Assembly (NCBI GenBank): GCA_963805625.1
Contig: CAWDVE010000013.1
Span: 416,001 to 480,000 of the forward strand
Source of the DNA: an uncultured Candidatus Rokubacteria bacterium
GTDB lineage: Bacteria > Methylomirabilota > Methylomirabilia > Rokubacteriales > DASRDR01
DNA: 64,000 nucleotides
Reading direction: 5' to 3'
Shown: one piece after another, positions 1 to 9,589 of the stretch
Numbering within the stretch: position 1 is the first letter of the stretch
How the letters are laid out: every line of letters begins with the position of its first letter
Notes under the pieces: model-generated
Seen by the model: the letters and a program-made list of their open reading frames with translations, nothing else
Told to the model about the DNA's origin: nothing
Database searches by the model: none
Program-made: the position numbers and the translations under genes

Positions 1-361
1 CCTCCATCATCCGCTCGAGGACGGGATCGAGGAGCTTCCGGGCCTCCTCGGGGTCGCGGTCGGCGAGCAGCTCCATCGAACCCTTGAGGTCGGCGAACAG
101 GACGGTGACCTGTTTCCGCTCTCCTTCCAGCGCGCTCTTCGAGGTGAGGATCTTCTCGGCGAGGTGCTTCGGGGTATAGACCTGGGGCGACGGAGATGGA
201 CCGGGTGAAGGGTCTATCGGCTTGCCGCACTCCAGACAGAACTTCGCGCCGGCTGGCAGTGCCGTGCCGCACTGGGCGCACGTGGGCGCGAGCCGGCTCC
301 CGCATTCCAGGCAGAACTCCGCCGGCGGCGGGTTCTCATGCTGGCACCGGGGACAGTGCAT
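1..361 (-). CDS. Double zinc-ribbon adenylate/guanylate cyclase domain protein (runs off the window edge)
   Basis: Manual translation from ATG at 361: MHCPRCQHENPPPAEFCLECGSRL...CAQCG...FCLECGK...EGERKQVTVLFADLKGSMELL (double zinc ribbon, then class III cyclase signature). Not in the ORF track because it has no stop in the window. Confidence 0.9.
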   Translation of the reverse strand, partial: MHCPRCQHENPPPAEFCLECGSRLAPTCAQCGTALPAGAKFCLECGKPIDPSPGPSPSPQVYTPKHLAEKILTSKSALEGERKQVTVLFADLKGSMELLADRDPEEARKLLDPVLERMME

Positions 362-497
362 GTCCCAACGTCTCCACGCAGAGTGCCGCCAGACTAGCCC
401 AGCCGAACTCGGGGAGCAACCAGACCGGTCCTGCCTGGGGGACGCCCTGGCATACGCCAACGGTCCCTTGACGGGCGCCGAGCACCCAGTCGACCGC

Positions 498-716
498 TCA
501 CCCCCACGCCCAGCACCGCCCGGCATCACCGCGCAACTGGAGAGTCCAGTTCGGAAACTGAAAGACCAGGGAATCCCAGCGCTCGCTCCGCCACGCCTCG
601 CCGATCCGTCCCCGTTCGAGGACAACGTGTTCTCGCCCCAGCTGCGTCAAGTAGGAGCTCATCGCCAGCCCGGCCTGACCGCCGCCGACAATGACCGTTT
701 CGTTCTGTTCGTTCAT
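498..716 (-). pseudogene. N-terminal fragment of an FAD-dependent (flavin monooxygenase-like) oxidoreductase
   Basis: [20 protein letters not shown]...[20 protein letters not shown] carries a Rossmann GxGxxG-type motif, but the ORF stops after ~70 aa. Confidence 0.75.
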
Positions 717-908
717 GAACAGTTCGATCGAAACCGCAGGACGCAAACAGGTGAACCGTGTGCGACGCCCAGAAAGCTTGCTGCGCCAACCATTCCTTTA
801 CCCGTCGGCAGTGAACGTCGCACTGAGGACGGCGAGGGCAGGAGGAGGACCAAGACCAACCGAGTCATGGAGGACCTCCCGATGGCCGCGATGCTACGGC
901 GCCGATGG

Positions 909-1073
909 TCAGCTCTTCTTCGACGTCTGCGCCATGAAGCCGCTGAACTGTGGCACGACCTTGGTGCCTTTGCACTTCGGACACGTGGGCTTCGTATTCT
1001 CGCGCTCGGAGATCGTCATGATGAGCTCGAACGGCTTCTTGCACGTCTCGCAGAGGAACTCGTAGCGCGGCAT
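909..1073 (-). CDS. FmdB family zinc-ribbon protein
   Basis: MPRYEFLCETCKKPFE...TCPKCKG; MPxYEYxCxxC...CPxC pattern. Confidence 0.85.
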   Translation of the reverse strand: MPRYEFLCETCKKPFELIMTISERENTKPTCPKCKGTKVVPQFSGFMAQTSKKS

Positions 1074-1116
1074 GGCGTTCACCCCGTTCAGTTCAAAGAC
1101 GAGAGGCGCCCTCTCG

Positions 1117-1374
1117 TCATCCAGCGTGGACCCGAAAGACCTCATCCCGTCGATGAACCGGAGCCTCCATTTTCATCGCGACTACGCTGCCGCGCGGAGC
1201 CTCCGCCACCGCCTCATGCTCGATCTGGAGTGATTCGACCCATTGCGTCAGCTCGGTCGTGCGGCCGGCCATGTGAACCTGATCACCGACGTGCAGATCT
1301 CCATCCGTCAGATGGATGACGGCGACGCCGATCCGGTCGAGATAATCCGTCACGACGCCGATCTTCTCTTCCAC
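1117..1374 (-). CDS. Small translation-factor-like beta-barrel protein (EF-Tu domain II / U32 C-terminal-like)
   Basis: EKIGVVTDYLDRIGVAVIHLTDGDLHVGD...ELTQWVESLQIEH...VHRRDEVFR; GGAGG RBS upstream. Confidence 0.7.
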   Translation of the reverse strand: MEEKIGVVTDYLDRIGVAVIHLTDGDLHVGDQVHMAGRTTELTQWVESLQIEHEAVAEAPRGSVVAMKMEAPVHRRDEVFRVHAG

Positions 1375-1968
1375 GGCATCGCCCTCCCGTGGCAGGAACG
1401 TGAAGACACGAACGCCCCCGCGGGGCTATGAAGCCAGCGCGGGGGCGAAAGGTTGTCCGGGATGCCACGCCAGGGGCATGATACTTCTCTCCAAGGAGCC
1501 GGACGGCTCACACGATTCGAGTCGCTAAGGACAGTATCTCCGGCGTCAAGGCCATGTCAACGGCTCCGACCCCCGCCATGCAGTCCCTACTCCGCGTTCC
1601 GAGACCTCCCCCTCTTCCTCGAGCCCAGCCTTCCAGGCGGCTGCCTCCCCTGTGGCTCTCCTTCCCCTGTGGCCCTGCGTACCCTCAAGGGAGCAGCTCA
1701 GCGACCCTTCCTCCCTGCGACACGGGAAGCGGAGCCGTCGGTTGACCCCGACGCGGCCTTGAGGGCCTTCCTGACATCCTTCCGGGGCGTCCCCCTTCTC
1801 GAGTGTCAGGCGGCCGCCTTGGTCGGCGTTCAACTTCTCGCGCTTCTCCTGGAACTCCTCGACGGATGGCACGAGCTGGGGCGGCAGCTCCGACTCCGGC
1901 CCCCCCGCCATCCGCATCCGGGTAAGATAGACGGCGAAGGCAGCGGCGCGGAGGCTCGGTCGGCGGGC

Positions 1969-2163
1969 ATGGCTCAGGTCGAAGCAATCGTGATCCTCGT
2001 GCTGCTCGCGGGCGCGACCGCCGGTCTCTGGTACGCGTGGCGTCGCTGGCTCCAGGCCTGCCCGCACTGCGGCTGGGTCGTCCGGCGCGTCCACCACGGC
2101 TGGCTCCGTTGCCCACGGTGTCACAAGCAGTATGCTGGCCGGACCCGGCACCGGTCCCATTGA
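1969..2163 (+). CDS. Small membrane-anchored zinc-ribbon protein
   Basis: MAQVEAIVILVLLAGATAGLWYAWRRW (TM helix) followed by CPHCG...CPRC. Confidence 0.6.
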   Translation: MAQVEAIVILVLLAGATAGLWYAWRRWLQACPHCGWVVRRVHHGWLRCPRCHKQYAGRTRHRSH

Positions 2164-2328
2164 TGCCCGGCGGCTCTTCAGAGGCTCACCGCGCCCTCTT
2201 CGCCGCGCGGGAAAAGCGGAGGCGCCGGTTGACGGTTCCGGCCGCAGTCTTGAGAGCGCCCGGCGAAGGTCCGTTGGGTCTGTGTGGTTTGCCGTTCAGG
2301 GCGAAAGGCGTCGTGTCCGACGTCCATC

Positions 2329-3039
2329 CTACTTCCCGACCCGAACCCCTACCTCGTCCACATGCCTGAGCAGATCCGATGGATCCTGATACACACGATA
2401 GGCACCGGCCCGTTCGAGCTCCTCCTGCCCATACCCTCCCGACAGCACGCCGACCCCGAGAGCCCTTGCCCGGCGGGCCGCGAGGAGATCCCAGACACTG
2501 TCCCCCACGACGACCGATTGGCTGACCTCCACCCCGAGCCGAACGGCCGCCTCCACGAACAGGTCCGGGTCCGGCTTGGCATGTGCCACCTGGTCTCGCG
2601 TCACAATCGGAACACCCGATGGAATCCCAAGAAGCTCCAGCGCGGGGCCAGCGCTCTCGATCCGGCCACTCGTCGCGATCGCCCACGGCACCCCGACCCG
2701 CGAGAGGTAGTCTAGGAGCTCACGCGCTCCAGGAAGCGGGCGCACCTGATCGACCTGACGTCGATAGGCTTCCACGTGGCGTCGTTGGAGTCGTGTCGCT
2801 TCCTCGGATGTCAGTTGATGCCCGGTCTCCCGGAGGAGCGCGTTCACGAAGAGTCCCCCGCTCATCCCAATCCGCCGGTGGATCCGCCAGACCGACAGTT
2901 CGATCCCCGCTTCCTCGAGGGCCTCACGCCACGCGAGGACGTGCTGGTACACGCTGTCCACTAACGTCCCATCGAGATCGAACAAGAAGGCCGGGCCAGT
3001 CGTCGTAAGCATTACGATCCTCCGGTTCTCCCGGATCAC
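2329..3039 (-). CDS. HAD superfamily hydrolase (IA)
   Basis: FDLDGTLVDS motif I, KPDP motif III, VGDSVWD motif IV. Confidence 0.92.
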   Translation of the reverse strand: MIRENRRIVMLTTTGPAFLFDLDGTLVDSVYQHVLAWREALEEAGIELSVWRIHRRIGMSGGLFVNALLRETGHQLTSEEATRLQRRHVEAYRRQVDQVRPLPGARELLDYLSRVGVPWAIATSGRIESAGPALELLGIPSGVPIVTRDQVAHAKPDPDLFVEAAVRLGVEVSQSVVVGDSVWDLLAARRARALGVGVLSGGYGQEELERAGAYRVYQDPSDLLRHVDEVGVRVGK

Positions 3040-3157
3040 TTCGTGCCAGGAACGCCTGCAATCAAGAAAGGCGCACTATGGGTGCCTTTCCAGCGGCTCG
3101 CGTAGCTTCTAGCCTCCTCTGACAACTCCCCCGCGTGACCCAACGGCAGAATCCCCA

Positions 3158-3724
3158 TCATGCGCGTTCCACCAGACGACGAACCGACGCCGGGACGCGG
3201 TCCCACGTCACGTACATCGCCTGAAAAGGTGCCTGGGCCGTCCCGATCGGCGGTCCGAACGCGACGAAGCCCAGGTGACGGTACAGCTTGGCCTGGTGCA
3301 CGGTTGCCGAGATCAGCGCGAGGTCGTACCCCTGGCGCCGACCCCATCGGGCCGCGCGCACGAGCAGCTCGCCGAAGACCCGACCCTGGCGGTGCCGTGG
3401 CGTGATCATCAGCAAGCGAACCTCGCACGGCTTGTTCGCGGGAGGAAGATAGGAATCGAGGTCGGGCAGCTTCCGGTCCAACGAGAACGGCCGTTCGCCC
3501 GAGATCATTACCATGCCGATCAACCGCCGTCCTTCCAGACAGACGAACGGCGTGCTTCGCGCCATCAGACGGTCGACGAGCCGGCCTTCAGGATTCGGAG
3601 GATGCTGCGGGATCTCCTCGACGAATGTCTGGTAGTTGAGCCGATGGATCTGCTCGAACTCCCAAGGCTCGCGGGCGATCCGGTAAGTCCGGCGTGGACG
3701 GCGCCTCACGTCGTGCCGGGTCAT
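3158..3724 (-). CDS. GNAT-fold acyltransferase (N-acyl amino acid synthase-like)
   Basis: C-terminal part of ORF 3158..4255 from ATG 3724: EFEQIHRLNYQTFVEE...CEVRLLMI...LYRHLGFVAFG; start overlaps the plsY stop (ATGA). Confidence 0.8.
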   Translation of the reverse strand: MTRHDVRRRPRRTYRIAREPWEFEQIHRLNYQTFVEEIPQHPPNPEGRLVDRLMARSTPFVCLEGRRLIGMVMISGERPFSLDRKLPDLDSYLPPANKPCEVRLLMITPRHRQGRVFGELLVRAARWGRRQGYDLALISATVHQAKLYRHLGFVAFGPPIGTAQAPFQAMYVTWDRVPASVRRLVERA

Positions 3725-4308
3725 GACATCGCGGCCCCGAGGCCGAGCGCGCGTCGGATGTGTCCACGGTGGGCGACCAGGACCACCACTGCGAGGGCCG
3801 CCAGGACCGCGAGCTCCACTCCGGGACGACGGAGAGCAAGCCCCGTCACGGGAGCGAGAGCGTACGCGACCAAACCGCTGGGAACGAGCCGCCGGCCGCT
3901 GGTGACATACGCGAGGCCGAACACGACCGCCGAGACGAGCAGGACCCACACGTCGTAGGCGAGGAGGGCGCCGATGGAGGGCGCGATCCCCTTCCCGCCT
4001 CGAAACGCGAGCTGGATGGGGAGGACGTGCCCGACGACCACCGCCACGACGGCGATCCCCAGCGCCAGGTCGTCGAGGCCGAGGGCGCGCGCGCCCGCGA
4101 CCGCGGTGACGCCCTTGAGCAGGTCGAAGGTCAGCACGAGCACGAACCCGCTCGGACCGAGCAGGCGCCCGGCGTTCCGGGCGCCCGCGCTCGCGGAGCC
4201 GGTCTGCCGCACGTCGCGGCCAGTGCGCCAGCGGACGAGGTAGTAGCCCGCGCACAGCGAGCCAAGAGCGTACGCAAGGCCGATGCCGACGAAGCTTCGC
4301 ACGATCAC
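3721..4308 (-). CDS. plsY: Glycerol-3-phosphate acyltransferase PlsY family
   Basis: AYALGSL, DVRQTGSASAGARN, DLLKG, GHVLP...FRGGKG motifs; multiple TM segments. Confidence 0.88.
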   Translation of the reverse strand: MIVRSFVGIGLAYALGSLCAGYYLVRWRTGRDVRQTGSASAGARNAGRLLGPSGFVLVLTFDLLKGVTAVAGARALGLDDLALGIAVVAVVVGHVLPIQLAFRGGKGIAPSIGALLAYDVWVLLVSAVVFGLAYVTSGRRLVPSGLVAYALAPVTGLALRRPGVELAVLAALAVVVLVAHRGHIRRALGLGAAMS

Positions 4309-4449
4309 GCCCGGGCGCTCCGGGCCCGCCCCTGCACGTCGGTCCCTCCGGCCAGGATCAACAGATCGCGCGGACGCTCCACCGGCATCGACCTGACCTC
4401 CCCGACAAACGTCGCCCCTCGGTCCTCATACAAGATGGTACGCCTGCCG

Positions 4450-4792
4450 AGCGTGCTCGTCCGACGAGCTCGCCGACGCCCAGCTCGAGGGCACCCGCAA
4501 GGCGTACCTGGCCCACGTCACCACGATCCCGCTGCTCATCATCGACGATCTGGGGATGCGGAAGCTGCCGCAGACCGCGGCCGAGGACCTCCTGGAAATC
4601 ATCATGCGCCGCTACGAGAGGGGCGTCGACGCTCATCACCTCGAACCGTCCCGTCGAGGACTGGGGGAAGCTCCTCGGCGACACCGCGGCCGTCGCCGCC
4701 TTCCTCGATCGCTTGCTCCATCACGCGCACGTCCTGACCTGTGGTCCGCGGAGCTGCGCACCCGGCTGCAGGCCGAGCGCGGCGAGGCATGA
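4450..4792 (+). mobile_element. istB: IS21-family IstB ATPase fragment (frameshifted)
   Basis: LLIIDDLGMRKLPQTAAEDLLEIIMRRYER, then in a shifted frame STLITSNRPVEDWGKLLGDTAAVAAFLDRLLHHAHVL. Confidence 0.85.
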
Positions 4793-4896
4793 GTCAAGAA
4801 TCGAGGACTCGGGTCGACAGGCGTCCGAACGTTGCTGCTTGCAGTCGCGGTCTCACGCGACCGCTAGGTGGGCCATCTGACCAAGGAGGGGGTGCC

Positions 4897-5290
4897 ATGG
4901 AGCCATCCCCGCAAGCCAGCTACCTGTTCGATCGCGGTCAGGCAGACCAGGACCGGTTGATCCGGTCATCAGAGGTCCTCGGTGAGTTCGTCGCCGGAGG
5001 CTTGCCTGCGTGCTGGTCTTGCGTCGGGTGGTCGGGCCATCGACATCGGCTGTGGGCCGTTGGGTGCATTGCCTGTCTTGGTCGACCTCGTCGGTTCCGA
5101 AGGTCGAGTCGTCGGCCTCGACACCTGGGACGTCCATGTCTCCGAAGGCGGCGTTCTGTTCGTCGGTCCCATAGGAGGCGCCGCAGAGTGGGCCAAGTTG
5201 GAGGCGCATCGATTGCTCCTGGAGTTCGACGAGACCGGGATCCTCCGCAAGCACGACCATCAGATCACCACCAGATGGACGCCCCCGTGA
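4897..5290 (+). pseudogene. Frameshifted SAM-methyltransferase N-terminus joined to an unrelated fragment
   Basis: MEPSPQASYLFDRGQADQDRL, frameshift, then AIDIGCGPLG...GRVVGLD (motif I), then unrelated sequence. Confidence 0.65.
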
Positions 5291-5367
5291 TCGCGGCGAC
5301 CGGCTCGCCTGGTGGGAGGCCGCGACGCACGCCGGGGCGGCGCCGGCAACCACGTTTAGCCAGGCAT

Positions 5368-5385
5368 GTATACGGTTTCGTATAC
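5368..5385. promoter_or_regulatory. Palindromic operator candidate at the XRE start
   Basis: GTATACG-GTTT-CGTATAC perfect 7-bp inverted repeat ending just before ATG 5387. Confidence 0.55.
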
Positions 5386-5386
5386 T

Positions 5387-5587
5387 ATGACAGCAAAGCA
5401 GATGGGCGCACGCATTCGACGGTTACGAACGCGTCAGGGGCTCAGCCAGGCGACCCTGGCCCAGCGGGCTCGCCCGACCCGCGTCTACGTCACACGGCTC
5501 GAGGCTGGGCGACAGGACCCGTCCCTCAGCACAATCAACGCGCTCGCCAAGGCCCTCGGCGTGCCGGTGACGGCGCTGCTGGAGTAG
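5387..5587 (+). CDS. XRE-family HTH regulator
   Basis: IRRLRTRQGLSQATLAQRA...YVTRLEAGRQDPSLSTINALAKALGV. Confidence 0.88.
   Translation: MTAKQMGARIRRLRTRQGLSQATLAQRARPTRVYVTRLEAGRQDPSLSTINALAKALGVPVTALLE
5542..5585 (+). repeat. XRE 3'-end repeat, copy 1
   Basis: 44 bp identical to 20844-20887; last 30 bp match 5935-5964 with one mismatch. Confidence 0.9.
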
Positions 5588-5589
5588 GC

Positions 5590-5949
5590 ATGATCGCGTT
5601 CCTAGGTCCGCTCCTCCTGTTCGCTCTCTACGTCGTGTTCGTGGCTTCTCTGTCCCGCACCGCCGGCGATGTGGGCCTATGGCGAAAGGCCGCGTCCATC
5701 GCCATCATGGTCCGCTTGGGCATCTTCTGGGGCCTCCTGGCCTTCCACTGGCGGGGCGCGCTGGGACTGTGGGCGATGCCGCTCCTTCTGGTGCTCCTGC
5801 CCGAAGGATTTCTCCTCCCGCGCGATTTCGCGTGGACCCTGCCACGTGCGGTGTTCGTCACGGGGCTACTCGCGGCTGGCACCGCAGTGTGGACGGCGAT
5901 AGCCGTAGGCCTTGTCCGAGGGCTCCGGCCCTCATCGGCGTGCCGGTGA
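5590..5949 (+). CDS. Small multi-pass membrane protein (cassette-like)
   Basis: MIAFLGPLLLFALYVVFV...; about four hydrophobic segments; starts 2 nt after the XRE stop and ends inside repeat copy 2. Confidence 0.65.
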   Translation: MIAFLGPLLLFALYVVFVASLSRTAGDVGLWRKAASIAIMVRLGIFWGLLAFHWRGALGLWAMPLLLVLLPEGFLLPRDFAWTLPRAVFVTGLLAAGTAVWTAIAVGLVRGLRPSSACR

Positions 5950-5964
5950 CGGCGTTGCTGGAGT
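5935..5964 (+). repeat. XRE 3'-end repeat, copy 2 (no XRE gene attached)
   Basis: TCGGCGTGCCGGTGACGGCGTTGCTGGAGT, 29/30 identical to copies 1 and 3. Confidence 0.88.
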
Positions 5965-6005
5965 GACGTCTGCCGAGCGCGCGAAGGGAGGCACGACCAC
6001 GAAGA

Positions 6006-6163
6006 TGAGCGACAAGAAGACGAACAATACTCAGTTTGTTCAGATCACCACGTCGGTGCACGGCGGCGAGATTCTGCTGTACGCCCTCGATGCGTCAGGC
6101 GATGTGTGGCGCTTCGATGACAAGACACGCCAGTGGGTGATGCTGCCCCGAGACCGAAGGTAA
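6006..6163 (+). CDS. Small hypothetical protein (start approximate)
   Basis: MSDKKTNNTQFVQITTSVHGGEILLYALDASGDVWRFDDKTRQWVMLP; GGGAGG upstream; lower GC. Confidence 0.55.
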
Positions 6164-6289
6164 GTTTTGGTAGAAGTCATCGGTGTCGAGGCGGGGAACC
6201 GCCAGGCTGCCTGCGAGAGCACGGCCGAGCGTCGTCACGCCCGATTCGGAGGCCCCTGTCACAATGAATGCGCCGAACTTGATCAGCAT
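6160..6289 (-). pseudogene. Fragment of an adenylate-kinase-like P-loop protein
   Basis: IVTGASESGVTTLGRALAGSLAVPRLDTDDFY (degenerate Walker A), then truncated. Confidence 0.55.
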
Positions 6290-6307
6290 CCGGATGATCG
6301 CCGCAGC

Positions 6308-7474
6308 CTAGCCCAAGCCCACTTTCCTCGCCGTCACGGGATGGTCCTTCCAGGCGGTGCGATGGATGTTGACCTGGCCACCCCGCGCGAACTGCTCCAC
6401 GTGTCGGCGGCCGCTGCGCCCTACCTTGAAGTATCGCTTTGGGGGGCGTTGCGAGTTGTCCAGCTCCCAGCGCGGGATGTACTCCGAGAGCAGCCAGCCA
6501 CCGCAAAGCGACTCGTGGATCCTAAGCTCGCAATCTTCGTCGGTCTGCGCCAGCGTGCTCGTACCCTCTGCGTTCAGCACCAGCCCGTGAGTCTGCGCTT
6601 CGCCCAGCATCCACCGGAACGGCACCGCCGCGGTTTCCTTCTCCTCGTCGCCGCCACCGATGTCGGAGTGGCAGCCCCGAAACCATACCTCTTCGACGTC
6701 TTGCGTCCGGTAGCCCGAGTGGGGCTTGACCCCGAGTCGTCCCAGATCATCGGCATCGATGTTGCCCCAGCTCGTCGGGATGAACCACGATCGCTGCTCG
6801 TGCAAGGCGAGGGCATGTCGCACGATGTGGACAATTGGGTTGTGCCGCAGGTGCGGCAGGCTCTTGGGCCAGACGCCGCCGTAGGACTTGACCGTGTCCC
6901 AGAGACCCAGGAAGTGGATGGTGCATGTTCTGTGCTCGTTGGACTCTCTGAGGCGCTGCAGCTCACCTTCGTCCTCGTCATGCGGTTCGTACAGAGCGTA
7001 AGCCCTCGTGAAGTACTGCTGGAAGCGGTCCGGTGATTGCGCTACCGACTGCGAGGGCAGACCGCAGCGGTAGACGAGCCCGGCGAGCACGCGCACGGTG
7101 AACGCGCCGCGCGAAAAGCCGATGAGGAACACCTGGTCGGCCGCGCCACCGTACGATTCCCCGAGTGCTCGGTACATCTGCGCGACGTTCTCGCGGAGGC
7201 CGTAGCCGAACGTCAGACCGAACAGCTTGCTGTGCCACCCACCCACCGGGGGAGGGAGGATGGTCAGCGCGGCGTGCCCGTCGGGCGCCGAAAACTTGTA
7301 ACGCTGCACCGCCTTCTCGAGTTGCGGGCTGGTGCCGATGCCTTGGTCGTAGAACACAAGCTGCCCGCTGGGGTTCGACAGGTCGACGCTCCGTACCAGG
7401 CGAGTCACGTTCGACACCTGCCTCGCAAAGGCGTTCCCCGTGCCATCGGAGCAGATCACAATGTTTCTGCTCAC
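6308..7474 (-). CDS. DUF2235 alpha/beta hydrolase (Tle1-like phospholipase domain)
   Basis: IVICSDGTGN, YDQGIGT, GFSRGA nucleophile elbow, FLGLWDTV, HALALHEQR, WFRGCHSDIGGG. Confidence 0.92.
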   Translation of the reverse strand: MSRNIVICSDGTGNAFARQVSNVTRLVRSVDLSNPSGQLVFYDQGIGTSPQLEKAVQRYKFSAPDGHAALTILPPPVGGWHSKLFGLTFGYGLRENVAQMYRALGESYGGAADQVFLIGFSRGAFTVRVLAGLVYRCGLPSQSVAQSPDRFQQYFTRAYALYEPHDEDEGELQRLRESNEHRTCTIHFLGLWDTVKSYGGVWPKSLPHLRHNPIVHIVRHALALHEQRSWFIPTSWGNIDADDLGRLGVKPHSGYRTQDVEEVWFRGCHSDIGGGDEEKETAAVPFRWMLGEAQTHGLVLNAEGTSTLAQTDEDCELRIHESLCGGWLLSEYIPRWELDNSQRPPKRYFKVGRSGRRHVEQFARGGQVNIHRTAWKDHPVTARKVGLG

Positions 7475-7741
7475 GTGCCCCTCCCGGTGTGTTGCGCGTG
7501 GGGATGCGCTCGAGTTGGCCCTGGGGCCGAAACTACCACGGAGTCGGTGCCGTCTGCTGGAGGAGATGACGGCCTCGAAGAAGCCCGGCGTTCCGGCCTC
7601 CTAGACGCAGAGGGCCGTCTGCTGCGGCTACGCGCGCTTCTCGATGGCACGGTTCAAACCCGTCAGGATCGCCGACAGGCCCCGCTGGACCAGCCCCTCG
7701 AACTCGGCCTCGAGCACGGCGGCGCCCTGCAGCGCGCCGAG

Positions 7742-8122
7742 CTAAGGTGCGCCCCGGGCGCCGCGCGAACCCGCCGACGCCGGCCAGCGACGTCGCGAGC
7801 GTCTGCGGCGTGGGCACGGGGCCGTCAGCGAGATGCGGGCGGGGAAATAAGCCTCCACGACATATGGTGCTGGTACTCCAGTAACTGCGCCGAGTTCCTT
7901 GGCACGCTCGAATACATCGCGCTCGGTGAAACCGATCTTGACCAGCCCGGGCATGTACGGAGTAGACAAGAGGTGGATAAAGCCACTTCCACCATGCAGT
8001 TCGATTCCTTCGAACACGGCCGTACAGCTGCTGCATCGTGGATTTCCCTCCAGGCCCTCGATGAAGACAAGCTCCGACTGACGACAGTTCGAATAGTGCA
8101 GCTTGATCGCAGCCCATGCCAT
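7742..8122 (-). pseudogene. Truncated GIY-YIG/T5orf172-domain protein
   Basis: GFIHLLSTPYMPGLVKIGFTERDVFERAKEL...TGVPAPY; similarity stops abruptly near 7830. Confidence 0.7.
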
Positions 8123-8219
8123 GGCTGCCCCTCAACGCTGAACCGGTTCGACCTAGCGACGAGGCGGACACGGGGACGGGAAGCTACGCATCAGCGCACG
8201 TCACCGGCCGCCAGCACTC

Positions 8220-9065
8220 CTAGCGCCCGCGGCGGGCGCGCTTCCCGGCGGCGTCGGCTGGAAGGTCCGCCGGCTCGAAGAACGGGCGGATCTCGCACTC
8301 GCTCTGCCCGCCGAGGCGCCCCGGGGCGTCGACCTTCACGAATCGCTTGGTCCACTCGATCGCTTCGCTTTTCGACGCGAACTGGAGGATCGCGTAGCCG
8401 GCGACCAACTCCTTCGTTTCGGCGAAGGGCCCGTCGGTCACCGTGCGCTTCCGTCCGGAGTACCGGACCCGCGCCCCCTTCGAAGTGGGCTGGAGCCCTT
8501 CTCCCGAGAGGATCATGCCGCCCTTCATCCCCTCCTCGAAGAACGCCCCCATGGCGGACAGGAGCTTCTCGTCGGGGAGGACGCCCGCCTCCGTGTCGGT
8601 GTCGGCCTTGAGGAGGCCGATGTAACGGGTGGTTCCGGGCTTCCGGGCGGGCGGGGCCGCCGCGCGGAGCTCCTCCTCCTTCTTCCGCCATCCGTCGGGT
8701 GTCTCGGCGGGATCGACCGGGAAGTCCGGCAGCTCGAATAGCTGGCGAACCTCGACCTCACCCTCCTGGAAGGGCGCGCGCTTGGCCCATTTGATGGCCT
8801 CCTCCAGCGACTTCGCTTGGATCAGCCAGAAGCCGGCGATCAGCTGCTTCGTCTCAGCGAAGGGCCCGTCCGTGACCGTGAACTGACCGTTGGCATAGCG
8901 GACGCGCACGCCCTGGGAGCTTGCCCGGAGCCCGTCCGCCTCGAGCAGCGCGCCGGCCTCGAGCAACGCCTCGTTGTACTTGCCCATCTCCGACAGCATC
9001 GTCTTGTCCGGCAAGACTCCCGCCTCGGAGTCCTTGTTGGCCTTGACCAGCATCATGAATCGCAT
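8220..9065 (-). CDS. YciI/DGPF family protein with two tandem domains
   Basis: Two copies of VTDGPFAETKxLxAG. Confidence 0.9.
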   Translation of the reverse strand: MRFMMLVKANKDSEAGVLPDKTMLSEMGKYNEALLEAGALLEADGLRASSQGVRVRYANGQFTVTDGPFAETKQLIAGFWLIQAKSLEEAIKWAKRAPFQEGEVEVRQLFELPDFPVDPAETPDGWRKKEEELRAAAPPARKPGTTRYIGLLKADTDTEAGVLPDEKLLSAMGAFFEEGMKGGMILSGEGLQPTSKGARVRYSGRKRTVTDGPFAETKELVAGYAILQFASKSEAIEWTKRFVKVDAPGRLGGQSECEIRPFFEPADLPADAAGKRARRGR

Positions 9066-9589
9066 GACTCGAGCTCCTTCCCGATTTCGTGCCGAGCATC
9101 CGGAGCGTCGTCGCCGGATCCTTCCCCTTCATACTGCTTACACCCGGTAGTCGTCGTATGCGCGGGCGAATCGACATCGGTCAAGTCGCCGACCCTTCAT
9201 CTCCCATGACCATTCTTCCGCGGAAAGGTGGTCGAGTGCCGCGAGCCCAACGATTCCCATGGCTTGGACGTCTGACTGCCGCGGCCCTGCTACTGTCACG
9301 ATCGGAGACGGGGTCGGGCGACACGCCGGTGCAGGAACGGACGGGCCAGCCCCGATGCTCGATGGTCTCCCGCGGCGCGTCTCGGGGATCGGTGGTCGAG
9401 GAGCCGCCTAGCCGGCGCGCAAGATCTTCCAAGCCACCCCTGTCCCCGGGACGTACCATCGAGGTATGAAGCGGCGTCCCCGCCGACCACGCCGCGCCGG
9501 GTCCAGCACGTGGCCCTCGAGGGTCGCCGAGGCAGCGGGCGCCGACGGCGGGGCGGGCGCTCCCCGGGATCACGCTAGGAGGGCTGACG

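Noticed and set aside
1600-1917. Possible frameshifted small basic protein on the minus strand
   Set aside because: Looks coding-like (LTLEKGD...KALKAA...RLRFP) but I cannot assign a family or boundaries.
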